A stretch of DNA of 29,685 nt from Tubiluchus corallicola (lineage: Eukaryota; Animalia; Priapulida), in assembly GCA_030141605.1 (NCBI GenBank), contig JAQGDQ010001684.1, positions 1 through 29,685 of the forward strand, written 5' to 3'. The translations under genes were made by a program, and so were the position numbers. The notes beneath the pieces were generated by a model. The model saw only the letters and a program-made list of their open reading frames with translations. It was not told where the DNA came from and ran no database searches. Of the stretch, positions 1 through 29,685 are shown piece after piece. Numbering within the stretch: the first letter of the stretch is position 1; every line of letters starts with the position of its first letter.

Positions 1-662
1 TTTAGTACAACTTACAAGGTAAGACGTGAATCCACGGAGGCTGCTCCGTCACGGGTCCTGCACGTTTAGTACAACTTACAAGGTAAGACGTGAATCCACG
101 ACGGCTGCTCCGTCACGGGTCCTGCGCGTTTAGTACAACTTACAAGGTAAGACGTGAATCCGCGGAGGCTGCTCCGTCACGGGTCCTGCGCGTTTAGTAC
201 AACTTACAAGGTAAGACGTGAATCCACGACGGCTGCTCCGTCACGGGTCCTGCGCATTTAGTACAACTTACAAGGTAAGACGTGAATCCACGGAGGCTGC
301 TCCGTCACGGGTCCTGCACGTTTAGTACAACTTACAAGGTAAGACGTGAATCCGCGGAGGCTGCTCCGTCACGGGTCCTGCGCGTTTAGTACAACTTACA
401 AGGTAAGACGTGAATCCACGGAGGCTGCTCCGTCACGGGTCCTGCGCGTTTAGTACAACTTACAAGGTAAGACGTGAATCCACGACGGCTGCTCCGTCAC
501 GGGTCCTGCGCGTTTAGTACAACTTACAAGGTAAGACGTGAATCCACGGAGGCTGCTCCGTCACGGGTCCTGCACGTTTAGTACAACTTACAAGGTAAGA
601 CATGAATCCGCGGAGGCTGCTCCGTCACGGGTCCTGCGCATTTAGTACAACTTACAAGGTAA
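1..662 (+). repeat. 64-bp tandem repeat made of a GAPVD1 exon end (DVNPRRLLRHGSCAFSTTYK) plus GTAA donor; at least 10 copies, truncated by the window start
   Basis: Units start at 23, 87, 151 ... 599; GT donors at 19, 83 ... 659; the peptide directly precedes VFTEG in the GAPVD1 RasGAP region. Confidence 0.95.
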
Positions 663-694
663 GGCATCATGGCGGAAACCCGAGTTTTAAGATG

Positions 695-1196
695 CGGGGA
701 TGAGAATTTTCCACGGATACGCCGAATTCCGAGTTTTTGGAAGACCAGTAGTGCCGTTTTCGTAAATCGCGTAAATTCTTTGAGAAACTTTTTACGGACC
801 CAGTACATTATTTCCCAAGCTGACCACTAGGTGGCAGGCCGTCACTTTGTTTACATCACGTACATCAGTGTAATCACGTGTATATCTCCATGTATAATAA
901 TATACAATCAGTTGTGCAGAGTTATTTGAGTCAATTGCAGACAGTTTTTATAAACTTTTGCATAGGAGCAGGCAGTACTTAGGCGTTTTTGAGACAATTA
1001 GGTATCATGTATCCTTGATAGTTGGGTATTTTAAATTATGCATGAAACAAGGTAATTGATATTTTAAGTCCACTTAGAGGCTCTCTATGGTCACAAAATT
1101 GCAAGTTGTTGCTGGCTCCAAGGGGGCTTTGACCTAGGTGGCCCCAAAACCCCCGCCTGTTTCAGAGTTTTTTGCAATTTGTCATTCTTATCCCTG
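695..1196. mobile_element. Non-autonomous DNA transposon (MITE) with CAGGG-type TIRs
   Basis: TIRs cggggatgagaat (695-707) and attcttatccctg (1184-1196), 11/13 match, flanked by direct repeat AAGATG (689-694, 1197-1202). Confidence 0.65.
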
Positions 1197-1379
1197 AAGA
1201 TGTCTTTTAACGACTGTTTCTTCGTTTAATGGGATAAACCGTCAATTTTAGAGTGTCTCCAGAGATTTTATGCACATAGTTATATTACCTAACATCACAT
1301 GCACCTTGAAAGACTTATGTAAGTGGAAAAGAAAAATTCTTATTAATTTAAAACATTTACACCACCTGGTAAAATGACA

Positions 1380-1979
1380 CTGAACTGAGTGGTACAGCAC
1401 CTGTTTTCTGAGCAATGCGTTTCTGAAATGCAGGCGCTAGTGTCCGTCTAACTAGCGAATGGCGAAATGCATGTAACAGCGAAGAACTAGTGACGCGAAC
1501 GTGAAATTGTGTTTGTGTGGTAATAATTCTTTCATGTAAGTCGTTTTAAAAAATAGTATGTCTCTTTACAATATTTTAACCCTTTCATACCTGTTGGATC
1601 CCGTGGGATACGAGAATATTTTCTGCCTTTAAAATTAATAAAATTTTAAAACTGACAGTTATTTGATCTGTTAATTGTTATTTTGATTTAAGCCAATAAC
1701 AATAGACTAAAAATGGTGATAAAATGGCAAACTAGAAAATCTACATAGCATAAAAAACTGCATAAAGTACAGTACTTTAGAGACGACTTTGTACAGATCA
1801 GCATAGCATGCATACTAAATGTCTTAAATACTTCAAAAAATTATCAGCAGTTGTAAAATGAAACACATTTCTTGCTTTTTTTGTGTTTTTAAAAAAGTCC
1901 CAATAATTTGGGACTGAAAGGGTTAAAGAGTAGATTGTTTTGACCTGCAGTTTAACATTGGGTCCAGCTTTGCTTTAAA
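1380..1979 (+). mobile_element. Dispersed repeat family A fragment, interrupted by a piggyBac-like MITE
   Basis: 1380-1579 plus 1923-1979 align with 6960-7214; reverse copy at about 22122-23370; fragment at about 16700-16800. Confidence 0.8.
1580..1922. mobile_element. piggyBac-like MITE (TTAA TSD), internally deleted copy
   Basis: ttaa|CCCTTTCA ... TGAAAGGG|ttaa; the homologous empty site with a single TTAA is at about 7156; near-identical to 16976-17432. Confidence 0.88.
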
Positions 1980-1999
1980 TAATTTCTACATTTTCCCAG

Positions 2000-28778
<26,779 letters not shown>

Positions 28779-28798
<20 letters not shown>

Positions 28799-29685
28799 GT
28801 AAACAAGTAAAGTAAACAAGTAATTCAAGCAATTTTTCAGAGGTAAACAAGTAAAGTAAACAAGTAATTTAAGCAATTTTTCAGAGGTAAACAAGTAAAG
28901 TAAACAAGTAATTCAAGCAATTTTTCAGAGGTAAACAAGTAAAGTAAACAAGTAATTTAAGCAATTTTTCAGAGGTAAACAAGTAAAGTAAACAAGTAAT
29001 TTAAGCAATTTTTCAGAGGTAAACAAGTAATTTAAGCAATTTTTCAGAGGTAAACAAGTAAAGTAAACAAGTAATTTAAGCAATTTTTCAGAGGTAAACA
29101 AGTAAAGTAAACAAGTAATTTAAGCAATTTTTCAGAGGTAAACAAGTAAAGTAAACAAGTAATTTAAGCAATTTTTCAGAGGTAAACAAGTAAAGTAAAC
29201 AAGTAATTTAAGCAATTTTTCATAGGTAAACAAGTAAAGTAAACAAGTAATTTAAGCAATTTTTCAGAGGTAAACAAGTAATTTAAGCAATTTTTCAGAG
29301 GTAAACAAGTAAAGTAAACAAGTAATTTAAGCAATTTTTCAGAGGTAAACAAGTAAAGTAAACAAGTAATTTAAGCAATTTTTCAGAGGTAAACAAGTAA
29401 TTTAAGCAATTTTTCAGAGGTAAACAAGTAAAGTAAACAAGTAAAGTAAACAACTAATTCAAGCAATTTTTCAGAGGTAAACAAGTAAAGTAAACAAGTA
29501 ATTCAAGCAAGTTTTCAGAGGTAAACAAGTAAAGTAAACAAGTAATTTAAGCAATTTTCCAGAGGTAAAAAAGTAAAGTAAACAAGTAATTTAAGCAATT
29601 TTTCAGAGTTAAACAAGTAAAGTAAACAAGTAATTTAAGCAATTTTCAGAGGTAAACAAGTAATTTAAGCAATTTTTCAGAGGTA
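28779..29685 (+). repeat. 44-bp tandem repeat (with 30- and 58-bp variants) of an exon end and donor; about 21 copies, runs off the window
   Basis: attYaagcaaKttttcagagGTaaacaagtaaagtaaacaagta; the first copy overlaps coding FKQVFR. Confidence 0.95.

Noticed and set aside
1-662. CRISPR-like array
   Set aside because: No unique spacers; these are head-to-tail copies of a eukaryotic exon end, and there are no cas genes. The same applies to the other arrays.

Overview
Eukaryotic (invertebrate animal) genomic DNA. The + strand carries the middle part of a GAPVD1/RME-6 gene (RasGAP-like region plus acidic/Ser-rich linker; the VPS9 end lies beyond the window). I could assemble 14 phase-consistent GT-AG exons between 2000 and 28798. 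A two-exon, apparently intact, secreted vanin/biotinidase-family (nitrilase superfamily) gene is nested antisense inside the 10.4-kb intron 13077-23437, and it has an unusual polybasic linker. The introns are dense with MITEs, a LINE remnant, Penelope-like hammerhead remnants and minisatellites. The most striking feature is that about 10 of the 29 GAPVD1 exon boundaries are themselves the seed unit of a tandem repeat: exon end + GT, or AG + exon start, is copied 2 to about 20 times into the adjacent intron, producing arrays of decoy splice sites. Gene identities come from my recollection of family motifs, not from a database search.
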